Of a stretch of 64,000 nt of DNA, positions 40,293 to 50,492 are shown in pieces. The translations under genes and the position numbers were made by a program. The stretch is from Porphyridium purpureum (lineage: Eukaryota), in the NCBI GenBank assembly GCA_008690995.1, contig VRMN01000013.1, positions 248,001 through 312,000 of the forward strand, read 5' to 3'. Each line of letters starts with the position of its first letter. The stretch's first letter is position 1. Below the pieces are notes generated by a model. It was not told the DNA's origin and did no database searches. It worked only from the letters and a program-made list of their open reading frames with translations.

Positions 40293-40903
40293 ACCACAAC
40301 TGTCGCCTTGCCAAGTCCGTGGCGTGCTTTCTTCTGCGAGCCTCTCGACCGCTCTTTCAGCGGCGCGATGCAAAGGAAAACGCTGGGTTCGCGAAGCATC
40401 TGCCTTTTTATACCTGAGGAGTCACGATTCTTTTCCGGTTTTTTCCCTGCTCGCTAGCCGGCGCACGCGAGAGCTGTGTCTTGCTCGTCTGGCATTCGTG
40501 TTCGCGTTCGCGTCGATTCCACGAAGCGTTTCTTGAGCCCTTGTTGTTCTTTTCTTTATGCCGACGTGCCGCGCACGCAGCAGCGATCACTGTACCGGTA
40601 CGCTGTACCTCTGGCGGTTTGGTTTTAGGGTTTGAGCGTTGTTTTTTTTAACTTTTTCGTTTTTTCCGTTGCAGGAGTGGGCGGCGCGAGGTTGTGTTGT
40701 GGAGTCGGATGGTGACGACGGGGTGTGGCGGAGCGACGCGCGTGACAGGGTGGAGATGGCGTTTGTGTTTCCAGGTGCCGCAGATGCCGGCCGCGGCGGC
40801 GCGCGCGCTGCGCTGCGGCTGCCTGTCTCTGACGTGAGCGCTGGTCGCGCCACGCGCGCCCGCGAGATGCGCATCGGCCGCGCGCACCGGCGCACGGCTC
40901 GCA

Positions 40904-42328
40904 ATGCAAATCGAGCGCGACGGCGGCTCGGCGACCGCGGACGCGTCGAAGAAGTCGGTCATGGACCCGGCAGACTCGCCAGACGGCCCGTACTGCGAGA
41001 TCGGCGCGGTCCGGCGGGTTTCGCACCTCAGGGATTTCCTCGAGGACCTGCCGGTGTTCGCGAACCCGGCCAGTGGGCGCGAAGAGGTGGCGCGCCACTT
41101 TGTGGCCAATGATGACCTCGTTTTTAAGCAGTGCGTCGTGAACGCGCTCAAGCCACGCGACATGACCATGTACATGCGCGCGGGGGCGCGAGAGCAGGTG
41201 TACTTCCAGCCGCAGGAGGTGCGTGCTGCCATTGTATCGTGCGGCGGCCTGTGCCCGGGTATCAACACGGTCATTCGCGAGATTGTCGGATGCCTTCAGA
41301 AGGAGTATGGCGTTGACACGGTGTTTGGCATCCCCAACGGGTATCGTGGCTTTTACAACGGCAGCTGGAAGGAACTCAATGAAGAAACGACAAGGGGCAT
41401 TCACAAGCTTGGCGGCTCGATACTGGGTTCGTCGCGCGGCGGACATGACACGCAAAAGATCGTTGACGCGCTCGAGGTAAGAGGTATCAACATGGTATTC
41501 ATTATTGGAGGCGACGGTACCATCCGCGGCGCAGACAAAATCCAGCTGGAGGCGAGGCGACGGCGGCTGAAAATGTCGGTTGTGAGCATTCCCAAGACAA
41601 TCGACAATGACATTCCTGTGATCGACCACTCCTTTGGCTTTAATTCGGCCGTGGAGGAAGCGCAGCGCGCGATCGATGCTGCCAATGTGGAGGCGTGCTC
41701 GTATCCTAACGGCTTGGCGATTGTGAAGCTGATGGGCCGCAACTCGGGGTTCATCGCTATGGAGGCCACGCTGTCCAGTCGCGACGTGGACGTGTGTCTG
41801 ATTCCAGAAGAGAGTTTTACCTTGTTCGGCGAGGTGGGACTGTACAACTTTGTTAAGGAGCGGCTCAATGGCAAGGGCTACTGCGTGATAGTCGTGGCAG
41901 AGGGTGCCGGCCAAGACATCCTAGCGTGCCTGAATGATACACCAGGTTTTGACAAATCGGGCAACCGCACGCTGAGCGATATCGGGCTGCACATGGCGAA
42001 CGAGTTTAAGAATGCGTTCAAGCAAGACGGCATTGAGGTGAGCCTCAAGTACATTGACCCGACGTACATGGTGCGCGCGATCCGCGCGAACGCGTACGAC
42101 AATCTCTACTGCACCATGCTCTCACATATGGCTGTGCACGGCGCATTCGCGGGATTCACTGCGTTCACCGTCGGCCCGGTAAATGGATACAATGTGTACA
42201 TCCCGATTGAGGATGTGGTCAATGTCAAGAATATGGTTGACACAAATGACCGCCTCTGGCTGCGTCTGGTCTCGACAACGGGCCAGCCGCGATTCACGCC
42301 GCTGGACGACCAGTGCGAAATTCTGTAG
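40904..42328 (+). CDS. PFK: ATP-dependent 6-phosphofructokinase (plant/algal type); probable transit peptide from ATG 40756 is one frame off
   Basis: CGGLCPGIN, GGSILGSSRGG, IGGDGT, IPKTIDND, KLMGRNSG, VVAEGAG, KYIDPTYMVR. Confidence 0.95.
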   Translation: MQIERDGGSATADASKKSVMDPADSPDGPYCEIGAVRRVSHLRDFLEDLPVFANPASGREEVARHFVANDDLVFKQCVVNALKPRDMTMYMRAGAREQVYFQPQEVRAAIVSCGGLCPGINTVIREIVGCLQKEYGVDTVFGIPNGYRGFYNGSWKELNEETTRGIHKLGGSILGSSRGGHDTQKIVDALEVRGINMVFIIGGDGTIRGADKIQLEARRRRLKMSVVSIPKTIDNDIPVIDHSFGFNSAVEEAQRAIDAANVEACSYPNGLAIVKLMGRNSGFIAMEATLSSRDVDVCLIPEESFTLFGEVGLYNFVKERLNGKGYCVIVVAEGAGQDILACLNDTPGFDKSGNRTLSDIGLHMANEFKNAFKQDGIEVSLKYIDPTYMVRAIRANAYDNLYCTMLSHMAVHGAFAGFTAFTVGPVNGYNVYIPIEDVVNVKNMVDTNDRLWLRLVSTTGQPRFTPLDDQCEIL

Positions 42329-43043
42329 TCCTGAAGGAAAGCAAACCCCGAAAGCCACAGTTTGAAGGGAATCCAGGCGTTCGGGTAGATCCTAATTCAC
42401 CGTGAGAGTAGGTCTGGCTCTGAGGAGGATCACGTCGGTTTGGCGTTGTGCGTCGTCGGCTAGAGACTCAGACCCGGCAAGCGCTGGCACAGATGGCGAA
42501 GAAATGCGCGTGCTGGTGAAAAAGAAATGCCACAGGCAGCAAGTCGTGAAAACTAATGTTTTTTTGCGCCTGGACTAATGTCCATGCGCCTCGAACACCA
42601 ATAAGAAGCAATGCCTCGGCGCCTTCATCTTCTTCGTCCTTATCACCGATGTTAGGGTGCTAAGGTCCATCTTTGTGCGGGCGAATGGCCACCTGCATGG
42701 CACCCTTCGAGCAGATAGACATTGGCAGTCTCGTTCCACCAACCAACAGCTTCCAGAGTTGCGCGCTGGAGCTCCTTCCCGCGTTTCAGCTTGCTTCCAT
42801 GCCGCGATGGCTTTGACGCCGTCGCCGTGTGGTGAGAGCTGACGCTTCTGCCCAAATCGCACTGCCGCCCCCTCTGGAAGACGCCGCCAGCAGCACAATT
42901 CAACCAAATAAAGTGACGCGTCAAGTGGAATGTGCCTTGACGGTGACCTCTCTTCTGCACCATTTGTAGGCAATTTTGGGACTCGAGTGTTGAAAGATCG
43001 GGAAGCAAGCTGAGGGGTGGGAGCAAGCCTCTGGATCCATAGC

Positions 43044-46000
43044 ATGAGTGCGTCGGCGACAAGCTCCAGTGGCTTTGTCTGGTTGGCTGCCGCCGCCGCC
43101 GCAGCAGCCGGTGCTGCTGCCTCGCCGCGGTCTGTTTCTCGCGCGGCGGTGACACTACGCACGAGTTCGTCCCGAAGAACGGGCATGTGTGCGCGCATGC
43201 GCCACATTACAATGAGTGCCGAAATCTACAGCTCACCGCCGATGCACGATCTAAGCCTCGTGACCACAGGCGTTGCGGCAAATGAGGTGCAGCCAGAGGG
43301 CTACCAGCAGCCACACGAGGACCTGGTGCGGCTCGTCGACGCGGACGCCAATCCGTCCGTGTCGATACAGCCGCGGCAGAAAAAGCTAGTTGCGCTTTTA
43401 GGAATCCCGGCACTGCCGCCACTGGCGCAGATCTCGAAGCCCGAGTTGCGTTTGGCGGGCTTTCGCATTGACCCAAACTTGTTCATTCCGGCCAAGCTCA
43501 GTTTTTACACGTCGTTTGGATTGCAGTGGATCGATCAGGGTGAAATCAACGGGCCGCGCGAAACAATTCCCGTCGAATTCGAAGGTGCGGCGCTCGTGGA
43601 TGGGCACGTCCAGTACGCCGCGGCGCGCTGGTCTCCCGATGGCTCGCGTATTGCGTTCTCGGTTTACCGCCCGCAGTTTGGACTCGAGCTGTATATGCTG
43701 GACGTGAGCTGCGTACAACGCAGCAGCGCCCCTGGTGCGCAAGGTGGTCAACAGCAAAAGCTGATCGCACGACCGTTGCGCTTCGAGTCGGACGCCGACC
43801 ACAACGCTAGACCAACGCGGCTTCACGCTGCCACAGGCGAGCTCGTCCGCTGGGCCCCGGACTCGCAACGGTTGCTCGTTGGCCTGGTTGACGAGCACGC
43901 AGTCGAGTCGTATGTTGCGAAGCACGCCGGGAGGCCCAAGTACGTTCGTCCCGTCGTCGAGGATTTCGCCGGGGGCAAGCCGCGGCCTGGGAGGACATAT
44001 CAGGACCTCCTGCGCGACGCCAATGACGTGGAAAAATTCCGGCTGTATGCAAGCTGTTCTGTCAAGGTGGTGGACGTAGAAGCGTGCCGCGTGGACGCCG
44101 AAATGCAAGATGTGTGCGTCCGCTCCGCCACGTGGTCTCCGGACTCGCGCTATGTGCTCCTCGACCGGTATGCCGAGCCGTTTCCGCTCTTCCAGATTGC
44201 GTCACGCTTTGCGCGAAAGATCGACATTTTCGATGTGCCGCTCAACTCAATCCTACGAGATACTCCAAAAGCAGGCGCTCTGCCGTTCATACTCGCTGCC
44301 CACGTAGCAGACCTGCCTGTGCAGGACGCGATCCCCATCAGCTTTGACGGCGTTTCGGCGGAGCCCCGTAACTTTGCTTGGCGCTCCGATGCAGACGTTC
44401 CCACGCTGACATTCGTCAAGGCCCTTGACGACGGTGACCCGAAGAAAGAAGCAGAGTTTCGTGATGCTATTTACAGCTGGAGTGCGCCCTTCACTCAGCG
44501 CCCCACCTGCATCATGAAGCTCAAGTGGCGCTTCTCGTCCATGTTGTGGGGTAGTGAGCACGTCGCACTGGTGACGGAGCGGTGGTACAAGACGCGTTCG
44601 TACAAGACGCATATCCTTCGGCCCGGCGTCGCTGAAGAAGGTGTTGCCGCCCAAGTGTCTGACAGCAGCGTGCCTCACGATGGCACATCACCGCAAGCTG
44701 GTTCTGCGGCTCGTTCAGAGCTTCGTCCGCCCATTACAGCATATGAGAGCAGTGAATTCCCCGAGGCGCTTGTTCCGTCGCGTGAATTGCTCGGCCAGGA
44801 CAACTGGGAGGACGTTTACGGCGACCCGGGAAGTCCGATGGTCAAAGTGAATGAAAACAACAAGACGGTGCTGCGGCTTGTGTATCCGGATGACCAGCGA
44901 AGCCGCACGCTGCCCTGGCTACTCATGTCGAATGCTGGCAACACGCCGGATGGTGCGCAGCCATTTGTGTCCTTGCTTGACACCTCTAGCGGTCGCCAGA
45001 CAAAGCTGTGGCAGTCTGCGCCGCCACGACTCGAGTCGCTGAATGCTATTCTCAACGAGGATGAGCGCACAGGGCTGCCCTCTGAATTTCTGGTCCTGCG
45101 ACAGGCCAAAGACGACTTTCCAAACTACTACGCAGTGGATGGCACGGCGCTCGTGGAGAAAGGAATTTCAGCGATGCAACAGAGTATCCTGGATGCTGAT
45201 GATGCCTCAGGTGCCGTTTCGCATGAGCTTGAGTCTGCAGCACAGCCGATCCACTGTGAGGGTAGCATCAAATACGCAGTGACTGAATTCAAAGATCCAT
45301 GCCCAGAACTTCGCGACGTCAAGCGGAGCCAGGTTTTCTACAAGCGTGACGATGGCGTTGAGCTAAACGCCAACTTGTATTTGCCACCAGGTTTCACACC
45401 CGGTGTGGACCCACCACGTCCACTGATACTGTGGGCGTATCCACGTGAGTTTAAGAGCAAGGAGTTTGCTGGACAGAATCGTGACTCGCCGCACCGTTTT
45501 GTGTCCGTCAACCGCTCCCCTCTTTACTGGCTGGCTCGTGGCTTTGCCATTCTCGACGGACCGTTGATGCCCATTATTGGTGTGGGTGAGGAGGAGCCTA
45601 ATGACCGCTTCATCGAACAGCTTACGGCGTCCGCGCGTGCGGCGTGCGAGTATGTTGTTCGCGAAGGCATCGCTCATAAAGACAAGCTCTGTGTTGCCGG
45701 ACACAGCTACGGCGGATACATGACCATCAATTTGCTCTGTCATGCACCCGAGCTTTTCTGTTGCGGTATTGCGCGAAGCGGTGCGTACAATCGTACGCTC
45801 ACGCCATTTGGCTTCCAAGGCGAGGAACGCACGTTGTGGGAAGCGCCCGAAATTTACCAGAAAATGTCGGTCTACAATTACGCACACAAGCTCGAGAAGC
45901 CTGTGCTACTGATTCACGGCGAGGCGGACGCTAACCCAGGCACCTTCCCGATTCAGACAGAACGTTTTTATCAGGCGGCGAAAGGCCACGGCAAGGTCGC

Positions 46001-46184
46001 GCGTATGGTTCTACTTCCGTACGAGGAGCATGGCTACCAGGCGAGAGAGTCGATTCTCCACACCATGTGGGAAATGGACCGCTGGATTTCCAAGTACACT
46101 GATTGGAATTGGGACGAGCAGCGTGCCCTTTTGTCCGCGCCTGCTGCTGCTGGTGCTGTCGCCGGCACGGACGCTGCTCATTAG
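43044..46184 (+). CDS. CGEP: Chloroplast glutamyl endopeptidase-like S9 serine peptidase
   Basis: ELRLAGFRI, WAYPREFK, GHSYGG (nucleophile), ARSGAYNRTLTPFGFQ, IHGEADANPGTFP, LPYEEHGY; Ser/Ala/Arg-rich transit peptide. Confidence 0.92.
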   Translation: MSASATSSSGFVWLAAAAAAAAGAAASPRSVSRAAVTLRTSSSRRTGMCARMRHITMSAEIYSSPPMHDLSLVTTGVAANEVQPEGYQQPHEDLVRLVDADANPSVSIQPRQKKLVALLGIPALPPLAQISKPELRLAGFRIDPNLFIPAKLSFYTSFGLQWIDQGEINGPRETIPVEFEGAALVDGHVQYAAARWSPDGSRIAFSVYRPQFGLELYMLDVSCVQRSSAPGAQGGQQQKLIARPLRFESDADHNARPTRLHAATGELVRWAPDSQRLLVGLVDEHAVESYVAKHAGRPKYVRPVVEDFAGGKPRPGRTYQDLLRDANDVEKFRLYASCSVKVVDVEACRVDAEMQDVCVRSATWSPDSRYVLLDRYAEPFPLFQIASRFARKIDIFDVPLNSILRDTPKAGALPFILAAHVADLPVQDAIPISFDGVSAEPRNFAWRSDADVPTLTFVKALDDGDPKKEAEFRDAIYSWSAPFTQRPTCIMKLKWRFSSMLWGSEHVALVTERWYKTRSYKTHILRPGVAEEGVAAQVSDSSVPHDGTSPQAGSAARSELRPPITAYESSEFPEALVPSRELLGQDNWEDVYGDPGSPMVKVNENNKTVLRLVYPDDQRSRTLPWLLMSNAGNTPDGAQPFVSLLDTSSGRQTKLWQSAPPRLESLNAILNEDERTGLPSEFLVLRQAKDDFPNYYAVDGTALVEKGISAMQQSILDADDASGAVSHELESAAQPIHCEGSIKYAVTEFKDPCPELRDVKRSQVFYKRDDGVELNANLYLPPGFTPGVDPPRPLILWAYPREFKSKEFAGQNRDSPHRFVSVNRSPLYWLARGFAILDGPLMPIIGVGEEEPNDRFIEQLTASARAACEYVVREGIAHKDKLCVAGHSYGGYMTINLLCHAPELFCCGIARSGAYNRTLTPFGFQGEERTLWEAPEIYQKMSVYNYAHKLEKPVLLIHGEADANPGTFPIQTERFYQAAKGHGKVARMVLLPYEEHGYQARESILHTMWEMDRWISKYTDWNWDEQRALLSAPAAAGAVAGTDAAH

Positions 46185-47270
46185 CTTTTTAGTTCGTTCA
46201 GCCAGCAAGGCTCTATTCGTTTGCCCCCCGAGCGCTGCATCCCTGAAGGCTGCCTCGTTTTATTTCGAGAAGCGCATGGCCAGGCATGATGCAGCGAAGA
46301 CCAAGTCTGACGTGTACGTTCAGGTTAATGTACCTCTACTGCGATAGGACAGCGGTGTGAATTGTGCAAAAGGCCGTGCACATTTTGGTTCTGGGTTTGG
46401 TTTTGTATGTTCTCATCTATAGATGCAAAAATGCCGAGCGCACGTGACAACGAGCAGCCCTCATCCGATGGCAGGCACAGCTTGGACGTCGAACCTCGGC
46501 CCTCGGCCCGTGAACGGCCCCGCGTCGGGCTCCTTCTTTCAAGTACACACTTGGCTAGGCACGATAATATCCACATTCCTTGGGCGGCCAAACTCCGCTA
46601 GGCTGTGCCATAAACCATGCTTTCAAATGAACGCTCACCATTTGCATGTCTTGCGATCGTGGCAACGCGAAAGAAGGAGAAGACCAGGGCGGTCGGAAAA
46701 AGGAAAAGACAGAGCCTTCATGCTTTTTCCTCACTTGCAAAACACAAACATAAAAGTTCCAGGTTCGGACCCCTAGTTAGTGGTGCTTGAAGTGCCTTGT
46801 AGAGATAAAAGGTATTGTCTCTCAGCACCGTGGCTCATTACCTGTGAGCGAGAAAACACAACACACGGGTCTAGCAAAGAAAAATAAAAAAATTGAAATG
46901 CAGGATACTACGAGGGCTCATGAATCATACCAGACGCGTATTGTATGCAACAAACTCGCTCGCTCCTCGGTGAGCTTTCGGATAGCGGGTCGAAGCTTCG
47001 ACGAGGTGATGAGCGACGTATTTTCCCGATGGCCAGCGTCCCAGTTCCTGCATTTCGTTTGCTCTACGACTGCACCGTAGACAGTACCTTCACATGTCGC
47101 GTTCCTGAGAGTGAGCATCCTCTACAAGATCTCTTCATTTTTGACAGACGTTTCGCTCTGGTCTCCCGCTTCGATGTTAATGGCACGCTCTGGGCTACTT
47201 AGCATCAGAAAATGAGCCATTCACACTTGCTCGTACCCAAAAGTGTTTGCGCACTGTGGCCGGATCTCGT

Positions 47271-48809
47271 TCACGTGTAAAGCCGGCCAAATGCAGAGCG
47301 AAGTTTAGCCAGAGCGCGCTTCTCTAGCTGCCATGCGCGTTGCGAAGAAATGTGCAGTTCCGCTCCAACACGCTGCAGACTGTATGCACGACCGTTCTTT
47401 AGGCCAAACCTCAGCTCAATTAGCCTTTGCTCGCGGGGGCTGAGAACCAACGGAAGCACCGAATCGATACCCTGGCGCAACGAGCGCACTTCGCATGCGT
47501 CCAGCATCTCGCTTGCGTGCTCCTCCTCGCCATAGAGTCGCGATATAAGTGTAGGAGGAGGCGATGTTGACGAATTCCCTGCGGAATCTGCCGCAAAGGA
47601 CCAGGAGGAGAGAGCAGGCGCGTCGAGCGACATGCATGCAAGCATCGCCTGTTCAGTGAGTAGCATCGTGCGTGCTGACACGCGCCGGCCGGGCACTGGC
47701 CGGCCCGCTACATGGTGTCGATATGCCGTGTATGAGTGTGAAGGGATACGCACGCCGCGGAATGTACAGAGAAACTCTCGGAAAATGTAGCTTTCGACCC
47801 AATGCGAGGCATAGGTACAAAACTGAAGCCCGCGAGAAGCGTCGAACAGCTCAGCGGCACGCAAGATCCCAAACGTGGCTTCCTGTCGCAGCTCTGCTCG
47901 TATCATGTCATTCACGCCATACTTGCGCACGATGCTGTCGATCAGCGGCTCGTGACGTTGAATCAGCATTTCCCGCGCCAGCAAGCCCCGGAGCATCACG
48001 CTCAGAATGTGCTGTACGGAAACATTCTGCAGCGCCGCAAGATCGCGCACCGATACATTTCCAGTCGCACCTCCACGACTCCTCGAAGGACTGTTTCGCC
48101 TCAGAGTGCGCGATAGTTCGGCCGAGTCCCGCACCAGATTACCTTCAATTTCGCGGCTATCGGCTGTCCGGTCGACTGTGGAGTCCTTCTTGGCTCGCGA
48201 CCCGAAGCGCCGAATCAGTCGCCGGATGCGCTCCGACGCATCTTGCACAGACGAAGAAGCTGGAATTGTATTTAGCCGCCACTCATAATGTCTGTACTGC
48301 TCGACTTGTCGCTGAAGTTCGGTGCACAGCTGCGACTCGTCACAAAGCGTATCCTTCTCGGGCGGCACGGGAAACACTGTCACGCGCACTGACGCACAGC
48401 CCGCGCCGGTCTGCATGGATCCCGCACGGATGCAGCTGCCATACCGCCGCTCTTTACCGTCCGCAGATTGCTCAACCTGCCGTGAGTGCTGAGTGAATGT
48501 ACAGAGCACCACGCCATTTTCGCCGTGCGTGCCACGCCGCGGCGCTCTTTTTTGAGCTGCCCAGAGCTGCTTGGCGCCACGGATGTCACGCATCCCGGTC
48601 GGTGCGGCAAAGGCATGCAGGGTTCTGCGCTGGTGATGAGCCGCTGATCCATCCATTGCCGGTCGGCTTGATATCCGAGGAACCCAGTTCACAAACGGAC
48701 ACAGCCCCGCTGGCACAAACGCAATGCTGTTCGGAAAAATGTGCGCAGGTGACGTGCGTTGGGAGGCTGTGTGCAGGCACGGCAGTAGCAATGTCCTGCG
48801 ACGTGACAT
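47271..48809 (-). CDS. Nuclear-encoded plastid RNA polymerase sigma-70 factor (divergent)
   Basis: Region 2 ELRQEATFGILRAAELFDASRGLQFCTYASHWV, VRIP; region 4 LSPREQRLIELRFGL...SLQRVGAELHISSQRAWQLEKRALAKLR; N-terminal AFVP transit-like segment. Confidence 0.88.
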   Translation of the reverse strand: MSRRRTLLLPCLHTASQRTSPAHIFPNSIAFVPAGLCPFVNWVPRISSRPAMDGSAAHHQRRTLHAFAAPTGMRDIRGAKQLWAAQKRAPRRGTHGENGVVLCTFTQHSRQVEQSADGKERRYGSCIRAGSMQTGAGCASVRVTVFPVPPEKDTLCDESQLCTELQRQVEQYRHYEWRLNTIPASSSVQDASERIRRLIRRFGSRAKKDSTVDRTADSREIEGNLVRDSAELSRTLRRNSPSRSRGGATGNVSVRDLAALQNVSVQHILSVMLRGLLAREMLIQRHEPLIDSIVRKYGVNDMIRAELRQEATFGILRAAELFDASRGLQFCTYASHWVESYIFREFLCTFRGVRIPSHSYTAYRHHVAGRPVPGRRVSARTMLLTEQAMLACMSLDAPALSSWSFAADSAGNSSTSPPPTLISRLYGEEEHASEMLDACEVRSLRQGIDSVLPLVLSPREQRLIELRFGLKNGRAYSLQRVGAELHISSQRAWQLEKRALAKLRSAFGRLYT

Positions 48810-48888
48810 ACGCAGAAGGAGATGAAGACCAGGCGGTCAGGCGAATGGTGAGAGCTGCAAGGTGAACGGAAATGACTTTGAATTCGAG

Positions 48889-50241
48889 TTAAGACTTCTT
48901 GCCAAGCGGGTCCAAATCGGCAAACAAGTCTGCCAACGGATCTTTCTTCTCGGGCTGTGCTGAGGGTGGATTCTGCATTTCAGGGGCCGCCGGCGTAGCG
49001 AATGGATCAGGACCAGACACATGCGCGGAGTGTAAAGGGTCGTCAGAATTCCCATTCGTCGAAATCACCGCAGACAGCGGCACCGGAGGCCGCTCGGGCA
49101 AGTTCGAATATTTCTGCACCAAATCTGGCGGCGCTTGCTGTTTTTGTTGTTGGAGCTGCTGCTGCTGGTGTTGCTGTGGCTGCACTGGCGTCGGCGACGA
49201 CGACGCTGCCACTCCAAGAGCGCCCATCATTGCAAGCATGTCAGACGGCGCAGCCGCGGCTGTTGGCGCAGGCGCCGAGGCCGACTCGAATGCGCCAAAG
49301 TCCGCCCAATCGTCCATTGCGGCCTGCTTTGCTGGCGGCGTCGGCTGGCTGGATGTCTGGTCGGCCGATGATGAGGCAGCTCTGGTTCCAGGACCCGAAG
49401 CGGCAGGCAAAAATGAGGCAAACGGGTCCTGTTGCAGAGAATTTGTCGCAACCGCGCCACCCGTTGGCAAGGATGCGGGCTGGCCTGGATTCGGATTATC
49501 CAAAAGCCACGCCACGCACGATTCCAAGTCTGTACCGGCATGCTCAATGGCGACGATGGCTTGCGCCGCAGTAAAACCCATGCCTGTAAGCTTGATAACC
49601 ACTGCGGCGCGCTGCTTTGAGGTTGGGCCCGATGTTGGCGCCGCCGGTACCGCGGGTGCTGGCACGCCTTGCGCTGCACTAGCGTCAAATGGGCTCTGCT
49701 GTACAGACGTACCGAGCGAGGACAGACCTGACCGTCTTTCGTATGACTTGTTCATCATCGGCGTCTGCTGCGGAGGCTGTGTTGGGCCGGCCCCATGCGG
49801 GGCGACTTTCTGGGTAAGTTCTTTCGGAGGCGGCGCTGCGGGAGATGGCCCCTTCGACATGTACATACGCTTCTCATACTTGTCCCTAATGAAGCGCTCC
49901 ATGCCGGCCGGATCCTTCTGGGGGTCTGGGCGGCGGAAGTTTGCCGGAAGGTTCCCCTCAAACTTTTGTTTTGCCCATGCGTTCCCGCGGCGCTGGATGA
50001 GCTCGATCTGCTCCGGAGTCCATGTGTCGAGCATGATGGAGCGCACGACCGAGATGTGGGTGCCCATCTTGCGGTGGAGCCCGGAGCACGCAATGCAGAG
50101 GAACACGCCGAGATTGGTCGACGCCCAGCGCGGCGTGGCCTGCAGGCAGTCTGCGCACGCGCGGTTCTCTGGCTGCGCAAGCAGGTGCCTCAGTATCTTC
50201 TGGTGCTCATCGTTCAGCCGCGCGTCCTTCTTTGTCGCCAT
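48889..50241 (-). CDS. ArfGAP (SMAP/AGD5-like) with UBA domain
   Basis: CADC-x16-CIACSGLHR, FIRDKYE; UBA LTGMGF...AIEHAGTDLESCVAWLL; DPF/DW/DL trafficking-type motifs; ATG at 50241. Confidence 0.93.
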   Translation of the reverse strand: MATKKDARLNDEHQKILRHLLAQPENRACADCLQATPRWASTNLGVFLCIACSGLHRKMGTHISVVRSIMLDTWTPEQIELIQRRGNAWAKQKFEGNLPANFRRPDPQKDPAGMERFIRDKYEKRMYMSKGPSPAAPPPKELTQKVAPHGAGPTQPPQQTPMMNKSYERRSGLSSLGTSVQQSPFDASAAQGVPAPAVPAAPTSGPTSKQRAAVVIKLTGMGFTAAQAIVAIEHAGTDLESCVAWLLDNPNPGQPASLPTGGAVATNSLQQDPFASFLPAASGPGTRAASSSADQTSSQPTPPAKQAAMDDWADFGAFESASAPAPTAAAAPSDMLAMMGALGVAASSSPTPVQPQQHQQQQLQQQKQQAPPDLVQKYSNLPERPPVPLSAVISTNGNSDDPLHSAHVSGPDPFATPAAPEMQNPPSAQPEKKDPLADLFADLDPLGKKS

Positions 50242-50492
50242 CGCGCCTTTGCCCGCGACCGCAACGCCGAGCACCGCCTGGACCCTTCACCAAGATCACG
50301 CGCGCGTGCCGGCTCACCGCCTCCGCCACCCAACACACCGCGGCAACCCGTCACGCCGAGCCGCGCTTCGGTGTCCTGCACGCAATGCCAATGCGTGAAA
50401 TCCATGTCCATAGTAAAAACGAGCGCTTTCATATAAGATCATTTTCTAAAACCTTTTTTAAACATATTTTAACTCTTCAACTGCTTGGGAGG

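Noticed and set aside
40625..41914. 429-aa ORF antisense to PFK
   Set aside because: Shadow ORF expected from GC-rich codon bias; no motifs.
46755..46785. tRNA T-arm-like GGTTCGGACCC
   Set aside because: No cloverleaf or D-arm can be formed with the upstream sequence.
48899..50398. 499-aa ORF antisense to ArfGAP
   Set aside because: Mirror of low-complexity Pro/Ala/Gln codons on the real coding strand.
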